Shown here one piece after another: positions 1 through 8,187 of a DNA stretch of 64,000 bases. The first letter of the stretch is position 1, and the number at the start of each line of letters is the position of its first letter. Below the pieces are notes generated by a model. It was not told the DNA's origin. It did not search any database and was given only the letters and a program-made list of their open reading frames with translations. Made by a program: the position numbers and the translations under genes. The DNA is from Eubacteriales bacterium (GTDB taxonomy: Bacteria > Bacillota > Clostridia > Oscillospirales > CAG-272): positions 4,479 to 68,478 of the forward strand of contig JAZNFZ010000071.1 in NCBI GenBank assembly GCA_045576195.1, in the 5' to 3' direction.

Positions 1-1116
1 CTTTTGACGGCAGTGCCCGTTGGTGCCGGTGAGCCCGCACCCATTGCAGACACAAGTGAGGGCCCTTCGGTTGCCTGCAAAAGCGCGATCCTAATGGATG
101 CGACCACAGGCACGGTTTTGTTTGAGCAAAACGCGGATACGCCCTTGCCGCCCGCATCGGTGACCAAGGTGATGACGCTGCTGCTTGTGATGGAGGCGAT
201 CGAGGTGGGTGCCATCAGGCTTTCGGACATGGTTACGGTCAGTGCTAATGCTGCCTCGATGGGGGGCTCGCAGGTCTACCTCAAGGAGGGGGAGACCATG
301 AGCGTGGAGGAGATGCTCAAGTGTGTGGTGATTGCCTCAGCCAATGACTGCGCCGTGGCGCTCGCGGAGCTGGTAGCGGGCAGCGAGGAGGGCTTTGTCA
401 AGCGGATGAATGACCGCGCGGCTGAGCTCGGCATGAAGAACACTCATTTTGAAAACACCAACGGGCTTGACGATACCGTGGAAAATCACGTGATCTCGGC
501 CAGGGATATTGCCATTATGTCACGGGCATTGATCGCGTATCCCAAAATTTTGGAGTATAGCGGCATCTGGATGGATACCATCCGCGACGGCGCCTTTGGA
601 CTGACCAATACCAACCGTCTGGTGCGCTTTTATCCCGGCTGCACGGGGCTGAAAACGGGCTCGACCGCCAAGGCGGGCTTTTGCATCAGTGCCACGGCAG
701 AGCGCGACGGCCTTTCCCTGATCTGTGTGATCATGGGGGCAGAGAGCCGTGATATCCGTAATGCAGCGGCCACTAAGCTCTTGGATTTCGGCTTTGCCGG
801 CTTTAGCGCGTATTCCGCCAAGGGTGAGGAGCGTGTCCTGCGGGTAAAGGGCGGGGTGAGCGATCACTGCGCGGTGCATTATGCGGCGTTTTCCGCCGTG
901 ATCCCCAAGGGGAGTGCCTCCCGCGTGGAGGCGAGGATCTCCTGCCCCGAATTTCTCACCGCGCCTGTGGAGGCGGGTGAGGAGATCGGTGCGGTTACAT
1001 ATTTGCTTGACGGAAATGAGATCGGCAGGGTGCCCATCCTCGCGCAGGAGAGCGCGGAGCGCATCACATACGGCAAGCTTTTTTGCCGTATGCTTGCTGC
1101 TTTTTCACTTGCCTGA
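1..1116 (+). CDS. D-alanyl-D-alanine carboxypeptidase (S11/PBP5 type), 5' end cut by window
   Basis: Frame is open to base 1 with no signal peptide or start in the window. SVTK (SxxK), SAN (SxN) and KTG active-site motifs occur in the canonical order. Confidence 0.85.
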   Translation, partial: LLTAVPVGAGEPAPIADTSEGPSVACKSAILMDATTGTVLFEQNADTPLPPASVTKVMTLLLVMEAIEVGAIRLSDMVTVSANAASMGGSQVYLKEGETMSVEEMLKCVVIASANDCAVALAELVAGSEEGFVKRMNDRAAELGMKNTHFENTNGLDDTVENHVISARDIAIMSRALIAYPKILEYSGIWMDTIRDGAFGLTNTNRLVRFYPGCTGLKTGSTAKAGFCISATAERDGLSLICVIMGAESRDIRNAAATKLLDFGFAGFSAYSAKGEERVLRVKGGVSDHCAVHYAAFSAVIPKGSASRVEARISCPEFLTAPVEAGEEIGAVTYLLDGNEIGRVPILAQESAERITYGKLFCRMLAAFSLA

Positions 1117-1145
1117 AAAAATCTGAAAAAAATAGCAAAAAGGTA

Positions 1146-1174
1146 TTGAATTTTTGAGACGAATTATGTAAAAT
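1146..1174 (+). promoter_or_regulatory. sigma-A-type promoter TTGAAT-17-TAAAAT upstream of pgi
   Basis: Hexamers at 1146-1151 and 1169-1174 with a 17-nt spacer, 45 nt upstream of the pgi ATG. Confidence 0.55.
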
Positions 1175-1218
1175 GATAGAGAAATAATCGCATTCCATAT
1201 GCAGAAGGTAGGTTTTAC

Positions 1219-2559
1219 ATGTCAGTTCGTCTTGTTGATTCTTATGTTGCTCCTTTCGTCAATGCGGGTGAGTATGAATATATGACCCCTATGGTGCAGG
1301 CGGCACACCGCATGCTGCACGAAAAAAGCGGTCAGGGCAATGCCTTCCTCGGTTGGCTCGATCTGCCGCGCGACTATGACAAGGAGGAATACGCCCGCAT
1401 CAAGGCTGCTGCCGAAAAGATCAAAAAATCCTGCGATGTGTTTATCGTTATCGGCATTGGCGGCTCCTATCTCGGTGCCCGTGCGGTCATTGAGTTCTTG
1501 AAGTCGCCCCTTTACAACAGTCTGAAGAAGGATACGCCCGACATCTACTTCTCGGGCTGCAACATCAGTGCATCCAATATGAACGAGCTGCTTTCGATCT
1601 GCGAGGGTAAGGATGTTTGCATCAACGTGATCTCCAAATCGGGCACCACCACCGAGCCTGCCGTGGCCTTCCGCATTTTCCGCGGCCTGCTGGAGAAAAA
1701 GTACGGTGTTGAGGGCGCAAGGGAGCGGATCTTTGTGACCACTGACCGTCAAAAGGGTACTCTCAAGGGCTTTGCTGACGAGGTGGGCTACGAGACCTTT
1801 GTGGTGCCGGATGATGTGGGCGGTCGCTTCTCGGTCCTTACCGCAGTCGGCCTTCTGCCCATCGCTGTGGCAGGCATTGACCTTGACGGTCTGATGCAGG
1901 GTGCCGACAAGGCGCGCGTGGCACTGGCTGAGCCCGACCTTGCAAAAAATGATTGCTACAAGTATGCCGCCCTTCGCAACATTCTGCTTCGTCGCGGAAA
2001 GACCACCGAGATCCTGGTGGGCTACGAGCCGTTTTTGCAGCTGTTTGCCGAGTGGTGGAAGCAGCTCTACGGTGAGAGCGAGGGCAAGGACGGAAAGGGC
2101 ATTTACCCCTCCTCGGTGATCTTCTCCACCGATCTCCATTCGCTCGGTCAGTATATTCAGGACGGCATGCGCAATCTCTTTGAAACCGTGGTTTCCATCA
2201 AGGATACAGGTGCAAAGTGTGCGATTCCCGACGATCCGAAGAACATTGACGGTCTCAACTTCCTTTCGGGCAAGGACCTTGGCTTTGTCAACAGCATGGC
2301 AGAGCAGGGCACCCTCTTTGCACACGTGGACGGCGGTGTGCCCAACATTCTCCTTGAGGTGAAGGATCGCTCGCCCGAGTCGCTTGGCTATATGATCTAC
2401 TTCTTTGAAAAGGCCTGTGCCATCTCGGGCTATATGCTGGGTGTCAATCCCTTTGACCAGCCCGGTGTGGAGGCCTATAAGAAGAATATGTTTGCCTTGC
2501 TCGGCAAGCCCGGCTACGAGGAACAGAAGGCGCTGCTTGACGCGCGTCTTGCAAAATAA
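1219..2559 (+). CDS. pgi: glucose-6-phosphate isomerase (short Firmicute type)
   Basis: 446-aa ORF with an RBS GAAGGTAGG. Motifs [16 protein letters not shown] and GESEGK are typical of PGI. Confidence 0.95.
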   Translation: MSVRLVDSYVAPFVNAGEYEYMTPMVQAAHRMLHEKSGQGNAFLGWLDLPRDYDKEEYARIKAAAEKIKKSCDVFIVIGIGGSYLGARAVIEFLKSPLYNSLKKDTPDIYFSGCNISASNMNELLSICEGKDVCINVISKSGTTTEPAVAFRIFRGLLEKKYGVEGARERIFVTTDRQKGTLKGFADEVGYETFVVPDDVGGRFSVLTAVGLLPIAVAGIDLDGLMQGADKARVALAEPDLAKNDCYKYAALRNILLRRGKTTEILVGYEPFLQLFAEWWKQLYGESEGKDGKGIYPSSVIFSTDLHSLGQYIQDGMRNLFETVVSIKDTGAKCAIPDDPKNIDGLNFLSGKDLGFVNSMAEQGTLFAHVDGGVPNILLEVKDRSPESLGYMIYFFEKACAISGYMLGVNPFDQPGVEAYKKNMFALLGKPGYEEQKALLDARLAK

Positions 2560-2577
2560 AAAAGCAAAATGCAAAAA

Positions 2578-2605
2578 AGTGCCGAAAATATCTCGGCACT
2601 TTTTT
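2578..2605 (+). terminator. rho-independent terminator after pgi
   Basis: 8-bp stem AGTGCCGA/TCGGCACT, 7-nt loop, then a T6 run. Confidence 0.75.
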
Positions 2606-2667
2606 GCAAATTGACCAAAAATGCCAAAAAAATGTCGAAAATTTTGCAAAAAAGTGGCAAAAAACAC

Positions 2668-2696
2668 TTGAAAAAGAATTCAACTTCGTGTATAAT
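2668..2696 (+). promoter_or_regulatory. sigma-A-type promoter TTGAAA-17-TATAAT
   Basis: Hexamers at 2668-2673 and 2691-2696 with a 17-nt spacer, 60 nt upstream of the ATG at 2756. Confidence 0.6.
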
Positions 2697-2755
2697 GAAA
2701 TAAACGAAGCACACAAACGCTTCGCTAAGCAACAAATTTGGGAGGAACAACGGCA

Positions 2756-3163
2756 ATGCTAAAATTAATGATTGGCGTAAAAGGAACAGGCAAGACCAAG
2801 GCCCTAATCGAAAAGGTAAACATGGCTGCCAAGGAGTCGCACGGAAACGTGGTCTGCATCGAGAAAGGCACCCAGCTCCGCTTTGATATCAAGTCCAATG
2901 TCCGTTTGGTTGATACAGAAGAATACATGATCGACAATGCAAAGGCTCTTTACGGTCTTATCGCCGGTATCCTCGCCAGCAACTATGATATTACCGACCT
3001 TTTTGTGGATAACACGCTGAAGATCTGCAAGAACGACACTGCTACTGTTGAGGAGCTGATCGAGCGGCTGGATGTGCTGCTTGCCAAGCATGACCTTAAC
3101 GTGTTTATGACCGCCTCCATTCCCGTGGAGGAGGCAAGCGATCTTGTCAAAAAGCATCTGTAA
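2756..3163 (+). CDS. small (135-aa) P-loop NTPase-like protein, function unknown
   Basis: ATG at 2756 follows an RBS GGGAGG (the track start 2738 is TTG inside the RBS). Walker A-like GVKGTGKT near the N-terminus. Possible Walker B in hydrophobic-D (DLFVD). Confidence 0.6.
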   Translation: MLKLMIGVKGTGKTKALIEKVNMAAKESHGNVVCIEKGTQLRFDIKSNVRLVDTEEYMIDNAKALYGLIAGILASNYDITDLFVDNTLKICKNDTATVEELIERLDVLLAKHDLNVFMTASIPVEEASDLVKKHL

Positions 3164-3170
3164 TCAATAA

Positions 3171-3204
3171 AAAACCGTGCTCGTTTTACGAGCACGGTTT
3201 TTTT
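3171..3204. terminator. bidirectional rho-independent terminator
   Basis: A-run, 9-bp stem CCGTGCTCG/CGAGCACGG, TTTTA loop, T7 run. Lies between convergent genes. Confidence 0.85.
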
Positions 3205-3964
3205 ATGCTTTTTTGGCTGCGGCACGGCTCTCAAGCAGTGAGGCGACCTTGGCCGCGATGAGATAACCGAGGAAGCAGGGGATGAGGATGAGCAGCAGGC
3301 AGTAAAGCAGCGTAATGGGGAGATCGGAGAGGTGATACGGTGCGCCCATCATGGTGTACGCGATCTCGCTGACGATCTCAATGATGCAATGGATAACGGT
3401 TACCGAGGCCATAGAGAGCATCAAGGAACGAAGGAGCGGATTGCTGCGGTCGAAAAACGAGGGAAAGGGGAGGAGGGGCTCGGCTGCCGCGGGTGCTGCC
3501 CCCAGCGTTCTGCTTGCCTTTTCCAGTGCCAGGGTCCTTTCGCGGTGATCGCGCATTGCTCGGCTTGCATGGAGGGCAAGGGCAAGGATTTCAATGGCCT
3601 CGACGAGAAAGGAAACAAGATATAGGCTATAATCCATGGTCAGATCGATGCTGCCCGAAACAAAGGAGAGCGAGAGAAAGGAGGAGAGATATTTAAAGAC
3701 CACGGCACCATAGGAAAGAAGCAGCAGCGGCACACACTCCCGCAGAGTGTGGCGGTGCAGCGCGTGAAGCAAAAAGGCAAAGGCCAGCGCAATGCCGAAG
3801 ATCTCAAGCCAGTGCTGCAGAAAATCGAGGAGATCATACCAAAGGGTATCGGTCAGCACTGCATCCATCATCACGGATTGCAGCAGCGGGATGAGAAGAA
3901 AGCCGTATAGGGCATAAAACAGAAACAGAACTATGGCAGGTATCTTAAGATCGGATCGGTTCAT
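3203..3964 (-). CDS. multi-pass integral membrane protein, function unknown
   Basis: 253-aa ORF with several long hydrophobic segments and an RBS GAAGGAG upstream. No recognisable catalytic motif. Confidence 0.6.
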   Translation of the reverse strand: MNRSDLKIPAIVLFLFYALYGFLLIPLLQSVMMDAVLTDTLWYDLLDFLQHWLEIFGIALAFAFLLHALHRHTLRECVPLLLLSYGAVVFKYLSSFLSLSFVSGSIDLTMDYSLYLVSFLVEAIEILALALHASRAMRDHRERTLALEKASRTLGAAPAAAEPLLPFPSFFDRSNPLLRSLMLSMASVTVIHCIIEIVSEIAYTMMGAPYHLSDLPITLLYCLLLILIPCFLGYLIAAKVASLLESRAAAKKA

Positions 3965-4129
3965 TGAGGCTCCTTCGCAGCAGCCCTGCTGCTTTTTTAT
4001 CAGAAATTAAAATTATTATAGCACAAGCCGCCTCATCTGTCAAGAATTGGAGCACCGCGGAAAATCAAAGCATTTTTTTCATCAAGCCCCGCCCCCTTGC
4101 ATACAATAGGAGAAAAGGAGTGTGATCTT

Positions 4130-5041
4130 GTGAGAGACGGTGGAATGATCAACTGGGAATATGTAATGGATGCAGCAGGCGCGCTGGCAAGTGAGGGTGA
4201 TATGGTGCGGGTCGAGACACTGACGCGCTCTGTTCTGGGGCGCGAGATCCCCCTGATCACCCTGGGGAAGGGCGAAAAAAGCGTGCTTTATGTGGGCGCA
4301 CATCATGGGATGGAATGGATCACTGCAGGGGTGCTGATCGATTTCGCAAGGGATCTTGTGTCGGCCTATCTTGCGGGAAGATCGGTTTTTGAATACCGCG
4401 CCGAGCATCTCCTTACGGCTCGCAAGATCTATATTGTTCCGATGCTCAATCCCGACGGCGTGGCGTACAGTCAATGCGGCGTGGAGGAGCATCATCCCTT
4501 GCGCGAGCGCTTGCTCCGAATGAACGGGGAGGCGGGTGAGGATTTCTCGCGCTGGCAGGCGAACGGACGCGGGGTAGACCTGAACCACAATTATGATGCG
4601 GGCTTTTTGGAGTACAAGGAAAAGGAGCGGCAGGCGGGACTTTTGAACGGCGCGCCCACCAGATACAGCGGCGAGTATCCCGAATCCGAGCCCGAGACCG
4701 CCGCGCTCTGCGCGCTGATCCGCGGGCGGCGCGAGGAGCTTGGCGGTGTGCTGACCCTCCACACCCAAGGAGAGGAGATCTATTGCAGCTGCGCCGATCG
4801 GATGACGGCAAAATGCACCGCCATCGGCAGGCTGTTGCAGCGATACACGGGGTATCGGCTGGCAAGTCCCACGGGTCTTGCCGCCTTTGGCGGTCTTACG
4901 GATTGGTGCATTGCCGCACAGGGGCTACCCGCCTTTACGCTGGAGTGCGGTCTTGGAGAAAATCCGCTGCCTGCCTCGCAACGCGCGGTGATCCTCGAGC
5001 GGCTGCGCCATGCGCTTTTTGCCTTTCCGTTCTGGGTATAA
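4130..5041 (+). CDS. M14-family zinc carboxypeptidase (gamma-D-glutamyl-diamino-acid peptidase-like)
   Basis: HHGMEW (HxxE zinc ligands) and GVDLNHNY motifs. Likely GTG start at 4130, 9 nt after AAGGAG (the track start 4097 is TTG). Confidence 0.8.
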   Translation: MRDGGMINWEYVMDAAGALASEGDMVRVETLTRSVLGREIPLITLGKGEKSVLYVGAHHGMEWITAGVLIDFARDLVSAYLAGRSVFEYRAEHLLTARKIYIVPMLNPDGVAYSQCGVEEHHPLRERLLRMNGEAGEDFSRWQANGRGVDLNHNYDAGFLEYKEKERQAGLLNGAPTRYSGEYPESEPETAALCALIRGRREELGGVLTLHTQGEEIYCSCADRMTAKCTAIGRLLQRYTGYRLASPTGLAAFGGLTDWCIAAQGLPAFTLECGLGENPLPASQRAVILERLRHALFAFPFWV

Positions 5042-5056
5042 AAAAGCAGGCAGCAA
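5040..5056. repeat. outer inverted repeat, left arm (AAAAAAGCAGGCAGCAA)
   Basis: Perfect reverse complement of 5919-5935. Begins within the stop codon of the peptidase gene. Confidence 0.9.
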
Positions 5057-5070
5057 CATAGGGTTGTCCC

Positions 5071-5086
5071 CTAAAGGACAGTTTTA
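5071..5086. repeat. inner inverted repeat, left copy (CTAAAGGACAGTTTTA)
   Basis: 14 of 16 positions match the reverse complement of 5891-5906. Confidence 0.8.
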
Positions 5087-5105
5087 CCAACCGCCAAAAA
5101 ATATA

Positions 5106-5133
5106 AACCGCAGATTGATTTTCTGCGGTTTTT
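5106..5133 (+). terminator. rho-independent terminator-like hairpin
   Basis: 8-bp stem AACCGCAG/CTGCGGTT, 9-nt loop, T-run. The loop contains the -35 of the next promoter. Confidence 0.6.
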
Positions 5134-5143
5134 GTGATATAAT
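5115..5143 (+). promoter_or_regulatory. sigma-A-type promoter TTGATT-17-TATAAT for the lipoprotein gene
   Basis: Hexamers at 5115-5120 and 5138-5143 with a 17-nt spacer. Confidence 0.55.
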
Positions 5144-5230
5144 AGAGTGTATGATTAACACTGTGCATAAAGGTGTTTTGTTACGATAAATCCGAACGAT
5201 AAATGAGAATTTGACGAAGGAGACTTCATC

Positions 5231-5719
5231 ATGAGATATGTAAAGTTAATTATATTAACTATCATCGGTTGCATCGTTTTTTCTTCTTGTAGCATCGTAG
5301 GTAGCGGGCAAGCCGAATACTTTGGCTTCAAAACAAGTGTGTTTACTGTTATCGACGAGAATGACACACACAGTGGCTTTCATGGTGATGGCTCCTATTA
5401 TCTAATTTTGGACTGCTCAGAAAAAAGAGAGCAAGCAATGGAACTTATCAAGGATTGGACACCGCTTCCTCTTACGGAGAATTTGCAGTTGATTATGTAT
5501 GGCGGTGAAAAGAATGGTGAGAGCTATGGCTATAATCTCGCAGAAGAAGCACATTGGCCTATTATTAATAACGGCGTTTATAAATTTGTTGATCGCTACT
5601 CAGGACCGGGCGATAAGTCAGATGATACAAACCTATTTAACAGATACTCTTATAATTTTTCTATTGCAGCATATGATTTAGATACTGACACATTGTATTA
5701 TTTTGAATTTGATACTTAA
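5231..5719 (+). CDS. putative lipoprotein, function unknown
   Basis: 162-aa ORF with an RBS GAAGGAG. Signal peptide ends in a lipobox-like FSSC. AT-rich codon usage unlike its neighbours. Confidence 0.6.
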   Translation: MRYVKLIILTIIGCIVFSSCSIVGSGQAEYFGFKTSVFTVIDENDTHSGFHGDGSYYLILDCSEKREQAMELIKDWTPLPLTENLQLIMYGGEKNGESYGYNLAEEAHWPIINNGVYKFVDRYSGPGDKSDDTNLFNRYSYNFSIAAYDLDTDTLYYFEFDT

Positions 5720-5766
5720 TTGTTAGTCAAATTCCAATTTGTCTAACGGATTTGCACCGCACTAAA

Positions 5767-5794
5767 GCCTCCCTTGTGTAAAGGGAGCCTTTTT
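5767..5794 (+). terminator. rho-independent terminator after lipoprotein gene
   Basis: Stem CTCCCTT/AAGGGAG, 5-nt loop, T5 run. Confidence 0.65.
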
Positions 5795-5851
5795 GTTTAT
5801 CTATGTCTCGTCAATTTTTCTGACAAGCACTGCATTTGTGGATACAAATGT

Positions 5852-5890
5852 AAAACACGGCATATCTCGAAAGAGGTATGCCGTGTTTTT
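5852..5890. terminator. bidirectional rho-independent terminator
   Basis: A4 run, 10-bp stem ACACGGCATA/TATGCCGTGT, 12-nt loop, T5 run. Confidence 0.7.
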
Positions 5891-5906
5891 GAAAACTATC
5901 CTTTAG
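5891..5906. repeat. inner inverted repeat, right copy (GAAAACTATCCTTTAG)
   Basis: Partner of 5071-5086 (14/16). Confidence 0.8.
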
Positions 5907-5918
5907 AGCGATGCCATA

Positions 5919-5935
5919 TTGCTGCCTGCTTTTTT
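5919..5935. repeat. outer inverted repeat, right arm (TTGCTGCCTGCTTTTTT)
   Basis: Perfect reverse complement of 5040-5056, 10 nt from the ruvB stop codon. Confidence 0.9.
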
Positions 5936-5945
5936 GCGGTGGAGC

Positions 5946-7022
5946 TTATGACTCCTCGCCGAATAAATTGATCTGTGCGCCCTCTCGCGGGGTACCGTGG
6001 TAGGGGAGCCCCAGATGCTCATAGGCACGCCTTGTCACACACCGCCCGCGGGGGGTGCGGGAGAGGAAGCCGATCTGCATGAGATAAGGCTCATAGACAT
6101 CCTCAAGGGTAACTGCCTCCTCGCCAATGGTGGCGGAAAGGGTCTCAAGACCCACGGGACCGCCATCGTAAAAGTTAATGATGGTGGTGAGCATACGGCG
6201 GTCGATGTTGTCAAGGCCGAGATGGTCGATCTCCAGACGCTGCAGCGCGAAATTGGCAATGTCAGAGGAAATGGTGCCGTCGCCGTTGACCTCGGCAAAG
6301 TCACGTACACGCTTGAAAAGACGGTTGGCGATGCGGGGTGTGCCGCGGGAGCGGGAGGCGATCTCAATGGCACCGTCATCGGAGATCGAAAGCCCCAGGA
6401 TCCCCGCGCTTCGGCGAACAATATCGGCCAGCTCCTCGGGGGTATAGAGATCGAGCTTGAGCAGCACACCAAATCGGTCGCGCAGCGGCGTGCTCAGCTG
6501 TCCTGCGCGCGTGGTGGCACCGATCAGCGTAAATTTGGGCAGATCAATGCGGATGCTACGTGCTGCAGGTCCTTTGCCGATGATAATATCCAGCGCATAG
6601 TCCTCCATTGCGGGGTAGAGGATCTCCTCTACGGCACGGGAAAGACGGTGGATCTCGTCAATAAACAGTACATCTCCCTCGGAAAGGTTGGTCAGCAGTG
6701 CCGCAAGGTCGCCCTGCTTTTCGATAGCGGGACCCGAGGTCACGCGGATGTTTACCCCCAGCTCATTGGCGATGATGGAGGAAAGCGTGGTCTTTCCAAG
6801 TCCGGGAGGGCCGTAAAGCAGTACGTGGTCAAGCGGATCGTGGCGCTTTTTTGCGGCATTGATGTAGACGCGCAGATTTTCCTTGACCTTTTCCTGGCCC
6901 ACGTAATCGTCAAGAGTCTGCGGGCGCAGGGTAATGTCGGGCTCGGTATCCTCTGCGGTCTCGGCGGTGGAGAGAATGCGGCTTTCAAAATCAAAATCGC
7001 TGTCGTCTGTGATAAAGCTCAT
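5946..7022 (-). CDS. ruvB: Holliday junction branch migration helicase RuvB
   Basis: Walker [10 protein letters not shown] and Walker B FIDEIH. ATG at 7022 lies 7 nt after AGGAGG (the track GTG at 7028 is too close to the RBS). Confidence 0.95.
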   Translation of the reverse strand: MSFITDDSDFDFESRILSTAETAEDTEPDITLRPQTLDDYVGQEKVKENLRVYINAAKKRHDPLDHVLLYGPPGLGKTTLSSIIANELGVNIRVTSGPAIEKQGDLAALLTNLSEGDVLFIDEIHRLSRAVEEILYPAMEDYALDIIIGKGPAARSIRIDLPKFTLIGATTRAGQLSTPLRDRFGVLLKLDLYTPEELADIVRRSAGILGLSISDDGAIEIASRSRGTPRIANRLFKRVRDFAEVNGDGTISSDIANFALQRLEIDHLGLDNIDRRMLTTIINFYDGGPVGLETLSATIGEEAVTLEDVYEPYLMQIGFLSRTPRGRCVTRRAYEHLGLPYHGTPREGAQINLFGEES

Positions 7023-7034
7023 ATGCACTCCTCC

Positions 7035-7661
7035 TTATTTCATCATTTTTTTGAGAGCGGCACGAATGATGCTCTCAAGATCCAGATTGGTCGTGTCAAT
7101 GCTGTGCAGGGCAGTAAGGATCTCACTGCGGCTGTAGCCCAGCACCAGCAATGCCTCCTGTGCCTCGTTCATCTTCCCGCCCGCAGCCGTGGCGACAGCT
7201 GCGCTGCCCGCGGTAGCGGCAGGGGAGGAGAGATCGGTGCCAAAGCCCTCTGCCGAGAGCTTGTCGTGCAGCTCGAGGATAATGCGCGCTGCCGTTTTCG
7301 GACCAATGCCGTTTGCTCTTGAAATGGCCTTTTTGTCATCGGTGCAGATGGCAAGCGCCAGCTTTTCAGGCGTGAAGCAGGAGAGAATGGCAATGGCTGC
7401 CTTGGGACCGACACCGGAGACGGTCAGCAGGAGCTTGAAGGTATCAAGCTCTGCCTCGGTAAAGAAGCCAAACAGCTCCATATCGTCCTCGTGTACGGCA
7501 AGGTGGGTAAAGAGCCGAACCTCCTTTCCCTCGGCCGCAAGGGGCAAAAGAGAGTCGTAGGTGTTGCTGCTGATGATCAGCTTAAAGCCAACACCGCCCG
7601 CATTGACCACGGCAAAGGTGGGCTTCAGGAGAGCAAGCGGGCCGCTGATAAAATAAAACAT
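7035..7661 (-). CDS. ruvA: Holliday junction DNA-binding protein RuvA
   Basis: Begins MFYFISG. Two helix-hairpin-helix motifs (GVGPKAAIAIL, GIGPKTAARI). Internal ATG at 7661 chosen over the extended track ORF. Confidence 0.9.
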   Translation of the reverse strand: MFYFISGPLALLKPTFAVVNAGGVGFKLIISSNTYDSLLPLAAEGKEVRLFTHLAVHEDDMELFGFFTEAELDTFKLLLTVSGVGPKAAIAILSCFTPEKLALAICTDDKKAISRANGIGPKTAARIILELHDKLSAEGFGTDLSSPAATAGSAAVATAAGGKMNEAQEALLVLGYSRSEILTALHSIDTTNLDLESIIRAALKKMMK

Positions 7662-7786
7662 AGGGAAGCCTCTGCTTTCTTTTGATTTTGTGGAGAAAGG
7701 GAGAAAAATGCTTGAAAAATGTGAAAAACGCAAAAAGAAGTCTATTAAATAGCAATATGTGTCTTAAAACCAAGCGAAAAATGGGG

Positions 7787-7990
7787 TTAATTTTGCCCGT
7801 CGGCAGGCAGCGAGGCGCGGTGGATGGCGCGCTCCAGCTTGATTCGGTCAATATCCATATCACGTCCGCACCCAAGACAAACGATGCGGCAGATGCTGCC
7901 TACGCGCAGGATGCGAAAGGCACGGTTGCCGCAGGGGTGCGGCTTTTTTAATTCTACGGTGGTATTGGGAGAGAGCTTCAGGATCTGCAT
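7787..7990 (-). CDS. small zinc-ribbon protein (DUF951-like by recalled motif KKPHPCG...CLGCG)
   Basis: 67-aa ORF with a strong RBS AAAGGAG. HPCG...CLGCG Cys pattern. Sits first in the ruvA-ruvB transcription unit. Confidence 0.6.
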   Translation of the reverse strand: MQILKLSPNTTVELKKPHPCGNRAFRILRVGSICRIVCLGCGRDMDIDRIKLERAIHRASLPADGQN

Positions 7991-8020
7991 AGGGGTATCT
8001 CCTTTATAATTCTCCGCTTC

Positions 8021-8049
8021 AGTATACCATAATTTTTGTAATATGTAAA
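8021..8049 (-). promoter_or_regulatory. sigma-A-type promoter TTTACA-17-TATACT (minus strand) for DUF951-ruvA-ruvB
   Basis: On the minus strand the -35 lies at 8049-8044 and the -10 at 8026-8021 with TGG upstream. Spacer is 17 nt. Confidence 0.55.
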
Positions 8050-8086
8050 TATAAAATAATGTTTTTTTAAAATTTATAGAAAGTGT

Positions 8087-8115
8087 TTGACGGAAGGGGA
8101 AAAGTGTGCTATAAT
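8087..8115 (+). promoter_or_regulatory. sigma-A-type promoter TTGACG-17-TATAAT with extended -10 (TGC) for ruvC
   Basis: Hexamers at 8087-8092 and 8110-8115. Confidence 0.65.
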
Positions 8116-8187
8116 GGAAAAGATTAAAACAGTATACTGCAGTAGTGTTTCCGCTTTTGGGCGGAGCCTTGGAAAGGAGGCGCTTGC

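Larger units (their letters stand above)
5057..5918. mobile_element. putative AT-rich passenger cassette (one lipoprotein gene, no transposase) inserted in a terminator loop
   Basis: Flanked by a perfect 17-bp inverted pair, with CATA at both inner junctions. A nested 14/16 inverted pair sits at 5071-5086/5891-5906. GC is lower than the flanks, and the segment has its own promoter and terminators. Confidence 0.4.

Noticed and set aside
1222-2667. 481-aa ORF antisense to pgi
   Set aside because: It lies entirely opposite a confidently identified gene in GC-rich DNA, has no RBS, and has a low-complexity R/G/H/L-rich composition. This is a typical shadow ORF.
5774-5971. 65-aa ORF in the lipoprotein-ruvB intergenic region
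   Set aside because: It runs through two terminator hairpins and into the ruvB 3' end, has no RBS, and has a Cys/Phe-rich composition driven by T-runs. It is probably non-coding.
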